A DNA stretch of 38,151 bases from a virus: IMG/VR virus record IMGVR_UViG_3300045988_161139, one strand, 5' to 3'. Under the pieces are notes generated by a model. The model was not told the origin of the DNA, made no database searches, and saw nothing but the letters and a program-made list of their open reading frames with translations. This document shows, piece after piece, positions 26,504 to 35,120 of this stretch (the stretch's first letter is position 1; each line of letters begins with the position of its first letter). The position numbers and the translations under genes are program-made.

Positions 26504-26727
26504 TGCCCGATATAGCGGTATTGTAGGTGTGCATGTAAATCATGCCACTCTTCGATCAGTCGGGGATGCCGTTCGACAAATGCCTCCCACTCGATGCGGC
26601 GCAGATAGATCCGCCCGTTGCGGACGACTGTGCCGAGTGTCCGATCCACTCGAATCGATTTCCATATCCAACGTGTCGAAATGCCGTACTCATCGGCTGC
26701 GGCCTGAATTGAGATAAAACGGTTCAT
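26500..26727 (-). CDS. Small HTH (MerR/Xis-like, HTH_17) DNA-binding protein upstream of terS
   Basis: ...AADEYGISTRWIWKSI...GRIYLRRIEWEAFV... Confidence 0.55.
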   Translation of the reverse strand: MNRFISIQAAADEYGISTRWIWKSIRVDRTLGTVVRNGRIYLRRIEWEAFVERHPRLIEEWHDLHAHLQYRYIGQ

Positions 26728-26796
26728 TGCAAATCCCGAATTAATTACTACCTTTGTTCTTGGGTGAGGGGTGATCTTTCGGGATCGCCTCTTTTT

Positions 26797-27075
26797 CTAT
26801 TTTTCCATCTCTATCAAATAATCCATATTTGACCAACCGCCAGCAGCTTTAACAGACGCGACGCACGTTTCCATATATCTATCTGGAATCGGATATAAAA
26901 GCTGATCTTGACGATAGCCATAACTCGACCCGCCTATAAACCGGATATTTCCCCACTCATTACGAGTCAATATGTACTCGATTAATTCCCTAACGGTATA
27001 TTCTCGATCGAATATTACATCATAAGGCGCGGTCTCATCCCCGCCTATTTTATCTGTTCGTCTGTATTTTATCAT
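26797..27075 (-). CDS. Hypothetical protein
   Basis: 92-aa ORF in a coupled operon. Confidence 0.4.
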   Translation of the reverse strand: MIKYRRTDKIGGDETAPYDVIFDREYTVRELIEYILTRNEWGNIRFIGGSSYGYRQDQLLYPIPDRYMETCVASVKAAGGWSNMDYLIEMEK

Positions 27076-27080
27076 TTCCT

Positions 27081-27440
27081 CTACCTTTCGAGTTTCACCT
27101 CCTCGTCCATTCCGACGATACCCCGCCGGCGCAGGCGCTTGATAAAGTTCTTCATGTTCAATGCCTGCTCATAGTAACAGTCCTTTTCGACCTTGACACG
27201 CGATTTACGGTCGCTCTCGACCTTCATGTTCTCAGGATTCAGCCACGAATCGGCTGACACCTCCACTTCCGCTCTCGACGCTGTCCGCGTAACCGTATTG
27301 AATTTATAGAGGGTATGACCTGGCACCCGAACCAGTTGCCCGATCAGTTTGTATTCGTTCTGCTTTCGTTCGACGGCCTCAATCTGCGCTTTGGCGATCT
27401 TATCGTTCGTCACGCCGTCATGTGGAGTCAAGATGTCCAT
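27081..27440 (-). CDS. Hypothetical protein (start taken at internal Met to avoid a 140-nt overlap)
   Basis: Track ORF 27081..27584. Met49 at 27440 lies 4 nt after the upstream stop. Confidence 0.4.
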   Translation of the reverse strand: MDILTPHDGVTNDKIAKAQIEAVERKQNEYKLIGQLVRVPGHTLYKFNTVTRTASRAEVEVSADSWLNPENMKVESDRKSRVKVEKDCYYEQALNMKNFIKRLRRRGIVGMDEEVKLER

Positions 27441-27444
27441 CGTT

Positions 27445-27795
27445 CTATTCGTTTTCGTAAATCGGTCGCCAGCCGATAACCACACCATCGTATCCGAGAC
27501 ACTCTTCTGCATTCTGGCAGAAGGAATAGCCTCCATCACACATCCACACATCATCTTGGCGGGCTCCAAGATAAATTCGCTCATGTTCGCCGTCCGAGAC
27601 TTTCATCAAAACACACGAATTATTTTCCGGCAGTTCCTCATTCGGATTACGCCAGCGGGTCAATTCTTCCCGCTCGGATTGGGCACCTGCAATAAAGTCA
27701 CATTCAGTTAACTTCATGTGACTGCCGTATTCTCTCGTCCCACCACGCCACACTTTTCGAGCATACTTTTTTGCCCTTTCCTTAATCGCTTTCAT
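27445..27795 (-). CDS. DUF551-like phage protein
   Basis: The C-terminal ...GYDGVVIGWRPIYENE resembles the DUF551 C-terminal W.P.P signature. Low-confidence family call. Confidence 0.4.
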   Translation of the reverse strand: MKAIKERAKKYARKVWRGGTREYGSHMKLTECDFIAGAQSEREELTRWRNPNEELPENNSCVLMKVSDGEHERIYLGARQDDVWMCDGGYSFCQNAEECLGYDGVVIGWRPIYENE

Positions 27796-28052
27796 ATCTC
27801 ATCCAATTTTTGGATAAATGATCTCAAATCTTCACACAGCGCAGGGTCGCACACCCTACCGCTCCCGTCACAACCGTCCTTATATTTGCATGAGGATTTG
27901 AATGCCTCTATTGCCTTTTCACGCATCCGCTCCTCGGTTTCTTGCTCGGCAAGTCCTGCCATCCTTTCGGCATCCTGCATTGTCACATACCCGCTATACG
28001 GATAGCTGCACTCGTGATCGTACAAGTAATTTTCAGCTCTTTCACTTTTCAT
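27792..28052 (-). CDS. Hypothetical Cys-rich small protein
   Basis: 86-aa ORF with 4-nt overlaps on both sides. Confidence 0.4.
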   Translation of the reverse strand: MKSERAENYLYDHECSYPYSGYVTMQDAERMAGLAEQETEERMREKAIEAFKSSCKYKDGCDGSGRVCDPALCEDLRSFIQKLDEI

Positions 28053-28456
28053 TATTCTACTCCTTTCAGTAATTCTGGGTTATCGTGCATATTGCCGATT
28101 GCCCACATTTGATAGGAATCGTCGAAGCAATCGGAAATAAGAAAAATATCCACGTCGCCGAAGTTCACAACGAACCCACAGTTTCGCCACTCGACCACTC
28201 CGATGCTCCCGAACTTATCGGTCAGTACATCCCCTTCGCAAATTTCTTCACCGTTCTTGTCTTTCAGACCCGTGTACTGGCCGATTGTATCGGGGTAAAC
28301 TTCGTCAATGATTGCCTTTATTCCATTCTCTTCCGAATATTTTGTCATCGAAACAATGCCAGTTTTCCCATTAAAACACTCCACAAGACTACCGACAGCC
28401 CATTCCATTGTATCAGGGCGTTTGCCTCGGAATTTAATTTCTCTCATAGTCTCCAA
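28052..28456 (-). CDS. YopX-family phage protein
   Basis: MREIKFRGKR...YTGLKDKNGEEICEGDVL...IGNMHDNPELL matches YopX N-terminal, central and C-terminal motifs. Confidence 0.75.
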   Translation of the reverse strand: METMREIKFRGKRPDTMEWAVGSLVECFNGKTGIVSMTKYSEENGIKAIIDEVYPDTIGQYTGLKDKNGEEICEGDVLTDKFGSIGVVEWRNCGFVVNFGDVDIFLISDCFDDSYQMWAIGNMHDNPELLKGVE

Positions 28457-28495
28457 TTTTTTTTGTAATTATTTCGAGATTTTGCCAGAATCTCG

Positions 28496-28966
28496 CTATT
28501 TCTTGAAATGTTTGATAATCTCCTCGGCGGTGGCCTTATGCCGAGCAAGTCCCTCCCATTTAGATATGATCGGATCGTCTTCAACATGATCCATACCGAT
28601 ACATAGTGACCATCTATCCGTAATTTCGTTTACATACCACTGCATGTAATCGTTCTCGTCGTTCATCGCCGCCAATGCCTTAAACAGCTCGATATTCTCG
28701 CCGCAGTCTATGGCTGGGTGTCCTTTGGCAACATTTTCAGCCTTGAACTGGTCGATGGAATATCGGGTTTCCTCGTCGTAGTCGCAGATCCCGTGCACCT
28801 CGTAAGCGATTTTAAGCCGATCAATCCCTCTGCAATGCAGGGTGTTACAGCCGTCAAATAGGCAGCAGGAGCAGACGTGATACCCGATTCCCTTCAGCCA
28901 TTCGGTCAGCTCCTTTCGCTTTTCCGCATCCTCGACACGGACAAAGCACGGTGTTGTAAACTCCAT
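28496..28966 (-). CDS. Hypothetical protein
   Basis: 156-aa ORF, Cys/His-containing. Confidence 0.4.
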   Translation of the reverse strand: MEFTTPCFVRVEDAEKRKELTEWLKGIGYHVCSCCLFDGCNTLHCRGIDRLKIAYEVHGICDYDEETRYSIDQFKAENVAKGHPAIDCGENIELFKALAAMNDENDYMQWYVNEITDRWSLCIGMDHVEDDPIISKWEGLARHKATAEEIIKHFKK

Positions 28967-28967
28967 A

Positions 28968-29549
28968 CTATTTCACCAATTCGAATTCGTAAACCACCAC
29001 CCACGGGTTCCGATCCCACGTTCCGCGGCCGGATACCTTGTCAATCAGCGAAGCGAAGGCTTCGCGGTGATCGTCAAAATAGAAGCCCTCTTCTCGGCGC
29101 ATATCTTCAAAGTAAAATTTGCCAATTTGGGGCAAATACCGAATTCCCTCCCTAAGGCAATCAGCCTCCGAAATATCATACAACCGCTCGCACTTGATTC
29201 CGGTGATGCGGATTTGATGCGGCATCAACTCGGCCTTAGTAAGCATCTTGTTCGTCCAACCAGATGGTTTATCATCATCTTCCCAAGCATACGGATTGAC
29301 ACAGTTGGAGTAGTCGAAAATATCTTGATATCTCTGCGCCACGGCCACGACCTCGCCGACCTTGTAGGACAGCTTTTTCTCAGCACATACATCGCCACTA
29401 CGCCCGATGATTTGGACGTATCCTGCAAAAATTCGTACCTGTACGTCGGAGGTGGACTTGATATTAATCAGCATCATCGCCATGGTCTTTCGACCCTCGA
29501 TGACCGCCTGCGTCAAGCCGTAGCGGTCGTTGAACATAATCTTTTTCAT
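28968..29549 (-). CDS. ASCH-domain-like protein
   Basis: The N-terminal ...LTQAVIEGRKTMAMMLI and the C-terminal ...NPWVVVYEFELVK resemble ASCH-domain signatures. Moderate confidence. Confidence 0.45.
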   Translation of the reverse strand: MKKIMFNDRYGLTQAVIEGRKTMAMMLINIKSTSDVQVRIFAGYVQIIGRSGDVCAEKKLSYKVGEVVAVAQRYQDIFDYSNCVNPYAWEDDDKPSGWTNKMLTKAELMPHQIRITGIKCERLYDISEADCLREGIRYLPQIGKFYFEDMRREEGFYFDDHREAFASLIDKVSGRGTWDRNPWVVVYEFELVK

Positions 29550-29599
29550 CCTTTATAGTTTTTGAATTCCACACTCTTGAAAATCGCCCGATGATTGCA

Positions 29600-30330
29600 T
29601 CAGCGGGCCAACCGTTTTTGCTCATTTGTCGGCTCGACGTTATTATCGAAATCCCTGTATGGCTGGGCGAACGGGAGTACTCCCAATTTGCGCAAAGCAT
29701 TGATTCGCTCCAATGCGTCATCGACATCTTGAATCAGGCAGTAGACAAAAATCCGATAAGGCTTAACACCTCGACGTCCCAATTCCTTCACACACTTGGC
29801 TACCGGTTCCAGCTGTGACATCCGGTCACAGGCGAATCGTACCTGATTCATCCATTTCACGCGGGACAACAAGTCGAGGATGAAGGCGTCGTCGCAAGCC
29901 TGACGTGCATCCAGACCTTGATTGAAATCTACGGAGATACCCATACGGACGATCTCCTCGATCTGTTCCAACCCGAAGTCCGACGCCAGCACATTGTTGT
30001 CGAGCAGCACGGCGCGCCGTTTGTCGCCGATGAATTCACGAAGCGGCGATGCCGGACGGATCGAGCCCTCCTTATGCGGAACGATGCACCACGGGCAGCG
30101 GTTCACGCATCCCCGCGTCAGAAAGCCATAGGCTTCGTCCACTCCGTACAGCGAATAATCCGGACAGCAATGTTCGATCTCGTCGGGCAGCGTCGTCGTG
30201 TAGTCTTTATAGCCTGTGCCGGCACGTACGACCTCGCAAGGGTAATAATCCGGACAGTCGGGCGGAAAGCCCATCATCTGGGCCACATATCGGGGATTCA
30301 GTCGGGAACCCTTCCCAGTTCGAGACGGAT
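29600..30330 (-). CDS. CX3CX2C (radical-SAM-type) cysteine-motif domain, read through without a stop from the 3' end of the broken C5-methyltransferase
   Basis: ...YGFLTRGCVNRCPWCIVPHKEG... shows C-x3-C-x2-C as in radical SAM / QueE / NrdG-like proteins. No canonical start codon lies between the methyltransferase motif X (GFPPD) and the cysteine motif. No clear GGE motif is visible. Confidence 0.45.
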
Positions 30331-31083
30331 GCGAAATCATGACGTCGTGGACGACTCCGCTCTTCCGCGTGGCTTGACTGGGTGGAAGACTGGAATTTAT
30401 AGCATCGTTGACCGTCGGCGTTGACAACAGCCCCATCCGCGTTGCAAGCGCGAGCGTCGGCCGAGCAGTCGCACCATCCGACAGGCTCCTGTTCACACGC
30501 CCGCTCCCGCAATCCGACGCGACCGGTGTCGGCAGTAGAGCCGGCGGCAATGGCTCCGAACCGCTCTTGCCATGAACTTTCAGCCCTTGCGTCACCACGG
30601 TGGGCAACAAACCATGTTCTGTATCGCAGGTGGGGAGCACCGACGCCAGCAGCTGGTATAAGGTACGCTTGCACCTCGTATCCTGCCGCCTCCAAATCAG
30701 CGCACACCTGCTCGAAAACCATTCCCTGCGACCAATTAACGATTCCGAGAACGTTCTCGCCCACGACCCAGCGCGGTCGAACAGTCCGAACAACTCCGAG
30801 CATTGCGGGCCAGAGGTAGCGGTCGTCGGCCGTACCCTTGCGTTTGCCCGCGAGGCTGAACGGCTGGCACGGGAAACCGCCGGTGAGCACGTCGATGCAG
30901 TCGCGCCAAACGGTAAAGTCTGTTGTTCGTATGTCTTCATATTTGTTCCGATTCGGGAAAATGATACTTCAATACGCGCCGGCAGAACGGGTCGATCTCG
31001 CAGTTGAAGACGTTCGTCCAGCCGGCCCACGCGGCCGCTAAGTCGAAGCCGCCGATGCCGCTGAATAGAGAACCGTGCGTCAT
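30207..31083 (-). pseudogene. DNA (cytosine-5)-methyltransferase split over three reading frames (two frameshifts)
   Basis: Frame A from the ATG at 31083: MTHGSLFSGIGGFDLAAAWAGW...KYHFPESEQI* (motif I). Frame B from 30937: YEDIRTTDF...LTGGFPCQPFS (motif IV)...VVGENVLGI (motif VI)...PHLRYRTWFVAHR (motif VIII). Frame C from about 30560: LLPTPVASD...RLNPRYVAQMMGFPPD (motifs IX/X). The first frameshift is a 1-nt difference in CAAATAT (plus ttt 30942..30944); deleting one A restores ...ESEQYEDIRTT. Confidence 0.7.
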
Positions 31084-32021
31084 TAGTACTCCACCGCTGC
31101 CCTGCGATCGATGAAGAAATGAATACCCGGTGCGCATTCGCTCCACCTGTTATCGTCGAAATCCGGAACTTCCACAGTAGCACCGACAGTGTAGACGAAG
31201 TCTTTGTCATGGTCGGAACGAACGGTATCCTCAGTTGCCTTGGTGCCGTCCATGTTCTGAATCTCCATGACGTATGCTTTATCGCAACGGCATTTGTGTC
31301 CCGTTGCCGAACTGCGCCGTGCATCTTCCGGAATTCGTAATTTTACGATATGCCCAGAGGCTTTTTTCCAACCGATGAAACTACCCTCAGTCGGACATGA
31401 TAGATAACATCCCTTGGCATCGCGTAGGTTGGCACCGCGCAGGTCGGCGCCGTACAGGTTGGCACCGCGCAGGTCGGCACCGCGCAGGTCGGCGCCGTAC
31501 AGGTTGGCACCGCACAGGTCGGCACAGCGCAGGTCGGCATCGCGCAGGTTGGCACCGCGCAGGTCGGCATCGCTCAGGTTGGCATCGCGCAGGTTGGCAT
31601 CGCGCAGGTTGGCATCGTACAGGTCGGCACCGCGCAGGTTGGCATCGCGCAGGTTGGCACCGCACAGGTCGGCGCCGTACAGGTTGGCACCGCACAGGTC
31701 GGCACAGCGCAGGTCGGCATCGCGCAGGTTGGCACCGCTCAGGTTGGCACTGCGCAGGTTGGCATCGCACAGGTTGGCACCGCACAGGTTGGCACCGCGC
31801 AGGTCGGCACCGCGCAGGTTGGCACCGCGCAGGTTGGCACCGCACAGGTCGGCATCGCACAGGTTGGCATCGCGCAGGTCGGCATCGCGCAGGTTGGCAC
31901 CGCGCCTAATAGCGTCCAAAACCGTTTCGGTGATTGTGTTTCCCTCTTTCGTGTATTCAAATACGACCGAGCCAGTCCAACGGTTGCGGATTTCGATTTT
32001 AATCTGTTTCGTTGATTCCAT
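31083..32021 (-). CDS. Pentapeptide-repeat protein (about 40 A(D/N)LxG-type repeats) with a distinct C-terminal domain
   Basis: ...GANLRDADLRDANLCDADLCGANLRGANLRGADL... throughout residues 40-200. The C-terminal 110 aa is non-repetitive (CYLSCPTEGSFIGW...ECAPGIHFF...). Its stop overlaps the Dcm ATG as TAATG. Confidence 0.8.
   Translation of the reverse strand: MESTKQIKIEIRNRWTGSVVFEYTKEGNTITETVLDAIRRGANLRDADLRDANLCDADLCGANLRGANLRGADLRGANLCGANLCDANLRSANLSGANLRDADLRCADLCGANLYGADLCGANLRDANLRGADLYDANLRDANLRDANLSDADLRGANLRDADLRCADLCGANLYGADLRGADLRGANLYGADLRGANLRDAKGCYLSCPTEGSFIGWKKASGHIVKLRIPEDARRSSATGHKCRCDKAYVMEIQNMDGTKATEDTVRSDHDKDFVYTVGATVEVPDFDDNRWSECAPGIHFFIDRRAAVEY
31397..31910. repeat. 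Near-perfect 15-bp tandem array (gcaggt(c/t)ggca(c/t)cgc) underlying the pentapeptide repeats
   Basis: Read directly. Dozens of units differ only at 2-3 positions. This generates spurious long ORFs in all frames on both strands. Confidence 0.9.
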
Positions 32022-32394
32022 TGTGGTAAATTTGTTTATCCGGATTCATGTATTGATTTGCGGCAGCAATAGCATCTTCGAGCGTGCGAACTACAACATA
32101 CTTGTTCCCCGCAGTCTCAAAGGACTCTTGCCATCTTCTCTGTACGGCACTCTGACGACTGCCCTTTCCCTGTGTCTTGAACTCCAAACCGAGCGATCCG
32201 TACTTGCCCCTCGGAACGAGCAGAAGCAAATCCGCAGCACCGGCCGTCATACCTTCGGCCTTCATGATTGCGGCTTCGGTCTTACTCCGGAGTCCGCCGT
32301 TCGGGACACTCGTCAGACATAGTGCATAGGACGGATATTGCATCCGGAACCAGCGGACGAACGACTGTTGTATACGAGATTCAACGTGCCTCAT
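31999..32394 (-). CDS. VRR-NUC domain nuclease
   Basis: ...VRWFRMQYPSYALCLTSVPNGGLRSKTEAAIMKAEGMTAGAADLLLLVPRGKYGSLGLEFKTQGKGSRQSAVQRRWQESFETAGNKYVVVRTLEDAIAA matches the VRR-NUC pattern (hvPNgg.r...G..aGvpDl.l...g....iE.K...G..s..Q..w). Confidence 0.75.
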   Translation of the reverse strand: MRHVESRIQQSFVRWFRMQYPSYALCLTSVPNGGLRSKTEAAIMKAEGMTAGAADLLLLVPRGKYGSLGLEFKTQGKGSRQSAVQRRWQESFETAGNKYVVVRTLEDAIAAANQYMNPDKQIYHNGINETD

Positions 32395-32978
32395 TTGCGC
32401 AGACTGTTTCCATTGAACGCAACACGATAGCACAGGTATTTAATACGGTCATATATCCGGTCACCATAGCGTTCCTTGATGCCTTCACCCGACAGATTTG
32501 AGGAAGCTATAACCATCCGATCGGGGTTATCCTGCACCTTGTTCACGATCTCGACTACCACATTCCGGCGTGTACCGAATTCGACGCGATCCACCTCTAC
32601 ACCTATATCGTCCAATGCGATGAACTTGCGTTTTAATACCTCGTCGATACATACGTCCTGCGCTCCGCAGTCCACGACCGTAACGATTCGATTAGCGAAC
32701 TTGCGCAACAGCATGGGAATGGCGTAGCGGGTTATCAGGGATTTTCCGCGTCCGCAATTACCGAACAGCAAAAGTCCCTTACCGTTGTTATCCGACAACC
32801 ACGCTGCAACCTTGTCGTATTCGGGAAGCCATACCAATCGTTCTCCCATTGCCGACAGCACAGTAACCAGCGCGTTTTTCAATTCCGTCCGCGCATCGGG
32901 TATCCGAAACCGGAAGCGTGCGCATGGAACCGGATTACCCTCAGTTTGTAGTTGTTTGAGTATTTCTTCGTAAGACAT
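32391..32978 (-). CDS. DnaC/IstB-like AAA+ ATPase (helicase loader)
   Basis: Walker A LLLFGNCGRGKSLIT; Walker B-like KFIALDDIG. Size and position follow a replication initiator. Confidence 0.7.
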   Translation of the reverse strand: MSYEEILKQLQTEGNPVPCARFRFRIPDARTELKNALVTVLSAMGERLVWLPEYDKVAAWLSDNNGKGLLLFGNCGRGKSLITRYAIPMLLRKFANRIVTVVDCGAQDVCIDEVLKRKFIALDDIGVEVDRVEFGTRRNVVVEIVNKVQDNPDRMVIASSNLSGEGIKERYGDRIYDRIKYLCYRVAFNGNSLRK

Positions 32979-32980
32979 AT

Positions 32981-33844
32981 TCAGAATTCATCATAATGTT
33001 GAGTCGGTTTTGCATGGTAGGTCGTAGCCGGATGCCGAGTGTTCGAACGGGGCAACGACGTTTCATTACGCCGACGCGCCCAATTCAGAAATGTCAGATA
33101 GGCCGAACGATTGCGTTTCAGCAAGGGTTCGTAGTTATGCATCGCGCGCAATAGGTCGCGGATGAAGTCAAGAGCATAAGCCTCTTTTAAAGCCGAGAAT
33201 TGCGCCTCGGAAAAAGGCTCTTTCATTTTCGCGACTCGCGGTGCATTTTCCGAAATCCATTGTTGAAACTCCAAGAACTCGCGGGAGGGGGTGCCGCGGA
33301 ACTGGGGGAGGGTGTTGGAGGAGTCAGTTACCTCTGCCTTCTCCGAGAAGGGCGGTAGTACGACTATCTCCCCATTAGGGGGATTATAGGGGGTAATATT
33401 ATTCTTGTCTAGTCTATCTTCTATACAAGAAGTATCGCCTTCGTTTTGGCTTCGTTTTTGGCTTCGTTTTTGGCTCCGTTTTTGGCTCATGTTTTGGCTC
33501 ATGTTTTGGCTCATATTTAAGCCAATTGAACCATTTGAAACGATGCCTGATTCGGGATTCGGTTCTTCAACGAATGAAAAAGCTGTGCGGTTCCCCTTCC
33601 CGCGTCCTCCCGTTATGATATGTAACAGACCCGCTTGCTCCAATCGGTTTTTTGCTCTCGAAATTGCATTGCGTGACGCCCCTACATTCTCGGACAGCCT
33701 TCTGTCGGAATGCGTGAAGCTATTCGGCCAGCCTAACCGATTCGCTTGTTCTACAAGGTAGAAGTAAAGCCTCGATTCACAGCAGCCAAATTGCCACGTT
33801 GCATCCAATTGCCAAAATTTGCGTATCAGGTCTATATAGCTCAT
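32981..33844 (-). CDS. Replication initiation / primosomal protein with an N-terminal winged-helix domain (start at the internal Met MSYIDLIRKF...)
   Basis: ...LYFYLVEQANRLGWPNSFTHSDRRLSENVGASRNAISRAKNRLEQAGLLHIITGGRGKGNRTAF is a typical phage replication-protein wHTH. It contains a low-complexity NMSQNMSQNMSQKRSQKRSQKRSQ linker. Confidence 0.6.
   Translation of the reverse strand: MSYIDLIRKFWQLDATWQFGCCESRLYFYLVEQANRLGWPNSFTHSDRRLSENVGASRNAISRAKNRLEQAGLLHIITGGRGKGNRTAFSFVEEPNPESGIVSNGSIGLNMSQNMSQNMSQKRSQKRSQKRSQNEGDTSCIEDRLDKNNITPYNPPNGEIVVLPPFSEKAEVTDSSNTLPQFRGTPSREFLEFQQWISENAPRVAKMKEPFSEAQFSALKEAYALDFIRDLLRAMHNYEPLLKRNRSAYLTFLNWARRRNETSLPRSNTRHPATTYHAKPTQHYDEF
33438..33515. repeat. 12-bp in-frame tandem repeats (ttttggct(c/t)(a/c)(t/g)g) within the replication protein gene
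   Basis: ttttggcttcgtttttggcttcgtttttggctccgtttttggctcatgttttggctcatgttttggctcat read directly. Confidence 0.85.
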
Positions 33845-34209
33845 AATCGCATCCTCTCTTTCTCTAAACTTATCATCGTGCGAAGGTTGTCGCATTGGTG
33901 CTTGCACGCCGCATTGATCCGATCCAGCCACTTTTCAAGGGCATTCAGCTCGGAAGACGCACTGCCGATCAGTTTGTTCGCAAGCGACGGGGAAAGGCTG
34001 AGAATAGTCTCTTTCTCGTCGTGAAACAGCTTGGCCACAGCTGCATCGCGCATTCCGACCACCTCGCTCAGCAACGCCCCGCTGCGAGCATAATATACAC
34101 CCAGTTGATCCAGCCGCCCCACCATCGAATCGATGTCGGAAAAAGTCGTGCATTCAAGAAGATTCTGGATGTCTCGCGCCTCCCTGCGTATCTGTTCGAT
34201 CCTTGTCAT
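33841..34209 (-). CDS. Hypothetical protein
   Basis: 122-aa ORF, helical with coiled-coil character. Confidence 0.4.
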   Translation of the reverse strand: MTRIEQIRREARDIQNLLECTTFSDIDSMVGRLDQLGVYYARSGALLSEVVGMRDAAVAKLFHDEKETILSLSPSLANKLIGSASSELNALEKWLDRINAACKHQCDNLRTMISLEKERMRL

Positions 34210-34360
34210 GACGTTTGTTTATTTTCTTCAATAACAACCTTCCGCGGCGTAACGCATCCCATTCCTTTGCGGTCAGCAACGTATGCCCGCGGATGCGGGA
34301 CAGGACGCGGAGGATGCGGAGCGCTTCCCGCGCCTCCGCATCGGTAATCCGCATATCCAT
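34154..34360 (-). CDS. Hypothetical small basic protein
   Basis: 68-aa ORF. It overlaps the downstream gene by 56 nt, so one of the two starts is uncertain. Confidence 0.3.
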   Translation of the reverse strand: MDMRITDAEAREALRILRVLSRIRGHTLLTAKEWDALRRGRLLLKKINKRHDKDRTDTQGGARHPESS

Positions 34361-34362
34361 CG

Positions 34363-34659
34363 TCAGAAGGGAAGATCATCCGTATTATCCGCTACGGGCA
34401 AATCGGAGACTTGATCCGGCGTAGGTTCCGCAGGACGGAAGATAACTGACTTGCCTCGGCCGACATACGTGCGCGCGTCTTTTCGTTCGCGTTCCTCTTT
34501 GCTCTGACGGATGAATACGCAGTGCGTATTCTCGTACTGATCCGGCTGGCGAAGCTCCGAAACGCATATCGAAATGTACTTCTTGCCGTTTTCGGCGACG
34601 AAAATTTTGTCTCTGGGAATATCGCTCACGCAGAGCGATACATTGATTAAATCTGCCAT
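34363..34659 (-). CDS. Hypothetical protein (possible DNA-binding)
   Basis: 98-aa ORF with 3-nt spacing to its neighbours: MADLINVSLCVSDIPRDKIFVAENGKKYISICVSE... Confidence 0.4.
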   Translation of the reverse strand: MADLINVSLCVSDIPRDKIFVAENGKKYISICVSELRQPDQYENTHCVFIRQSKEERERKDARTYVGRGKSVIFRPAEPTPDQVSDLPVADNTDDLPF

Positions 34660-34661
34660 TG

Positions 34662-35120
34662 CTACCGTTTTTTGAAGGTTACTTTAAGTGTCGTCTTGCT
34701 GCTTCGCGCAGGAGGATAGAAAATTTCGCCCGTGGCGGGATCCGTCAGGCCGGAGGCCGGCAACGCCCGCAATATCTTCTCCTTCTCCTTGATGTCGGCC
34801 ATGACCGCATCACGCATTTTGTACAGGTCGTCCAAAGCCTGGCAATTACAGCCCGAGTAGTCGTACTTGACGCCGGCCTCCACCTCTTCGATCGTACAGT
34901 CCGAGGATGTTTTCCCGTGTCCGTATTTAGCCAGTTCGCGCAACGTAATGTCGCGCACCTCTTCGGACTTCTTGAACAGCTCGATCGCCTTCTCCATGCG
35001 GGATATATTCTCGTAAGCGACGAGCGGATCGACGTCTCCGCGGGTAACGGCGTCGACGGCGAGCTTCGCCAGCTCCGTGGGGCTGCTCGTCTCGCGTATC
35101 AATACAGGTTGTGTGTTCAT
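34662..35120 (-). CDS. Hypothetical protein
   Basis: 152-aa ORF between Rad52 and the replication genes. Confidence 0.4.
   Translation of the reverse strand: MNTQPVLIRETSSPTELAKLAVDAVTRGDVDPLVAYENISRMEKAIELFKKSEEVRDITLRELAKYGHGKTSSDCTIEEVEAGVKYDYSGCNCQALDDLYKMRDAVMADIKEKEKILRALPASGLTDPATGEIFYPPARSSKTTLKVTFKKR

Noticed and set aside
29600-31324. The 574-aa track ORF as a single gene
   Set aside because: Its N-terminal 120 codons overlap the pentapeptide gene C-terminus and the Dcm N-terminus in a junk (Arg/Ser-rich) frame. Only the part downstream of about 30560 carries Dcm motifs IX/X and the CX3CX2C domain.
31343-32322. Long ORFs on both strands and in several frames through 31343..32322 (for example +31397..31909, +31414..32322, -31387..31860, -31739..31960), and a CRISPR-like look to the regular 15-bp repeats
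   Set aside because: All are generated by the 15-bp tandem array. The only frame with a sensible N-terminal start, C-terminal domain and operon context is the pentapeptide-repeat gene 31083..32021. There are no unique spacers between repeats, so it is not CRISPR.
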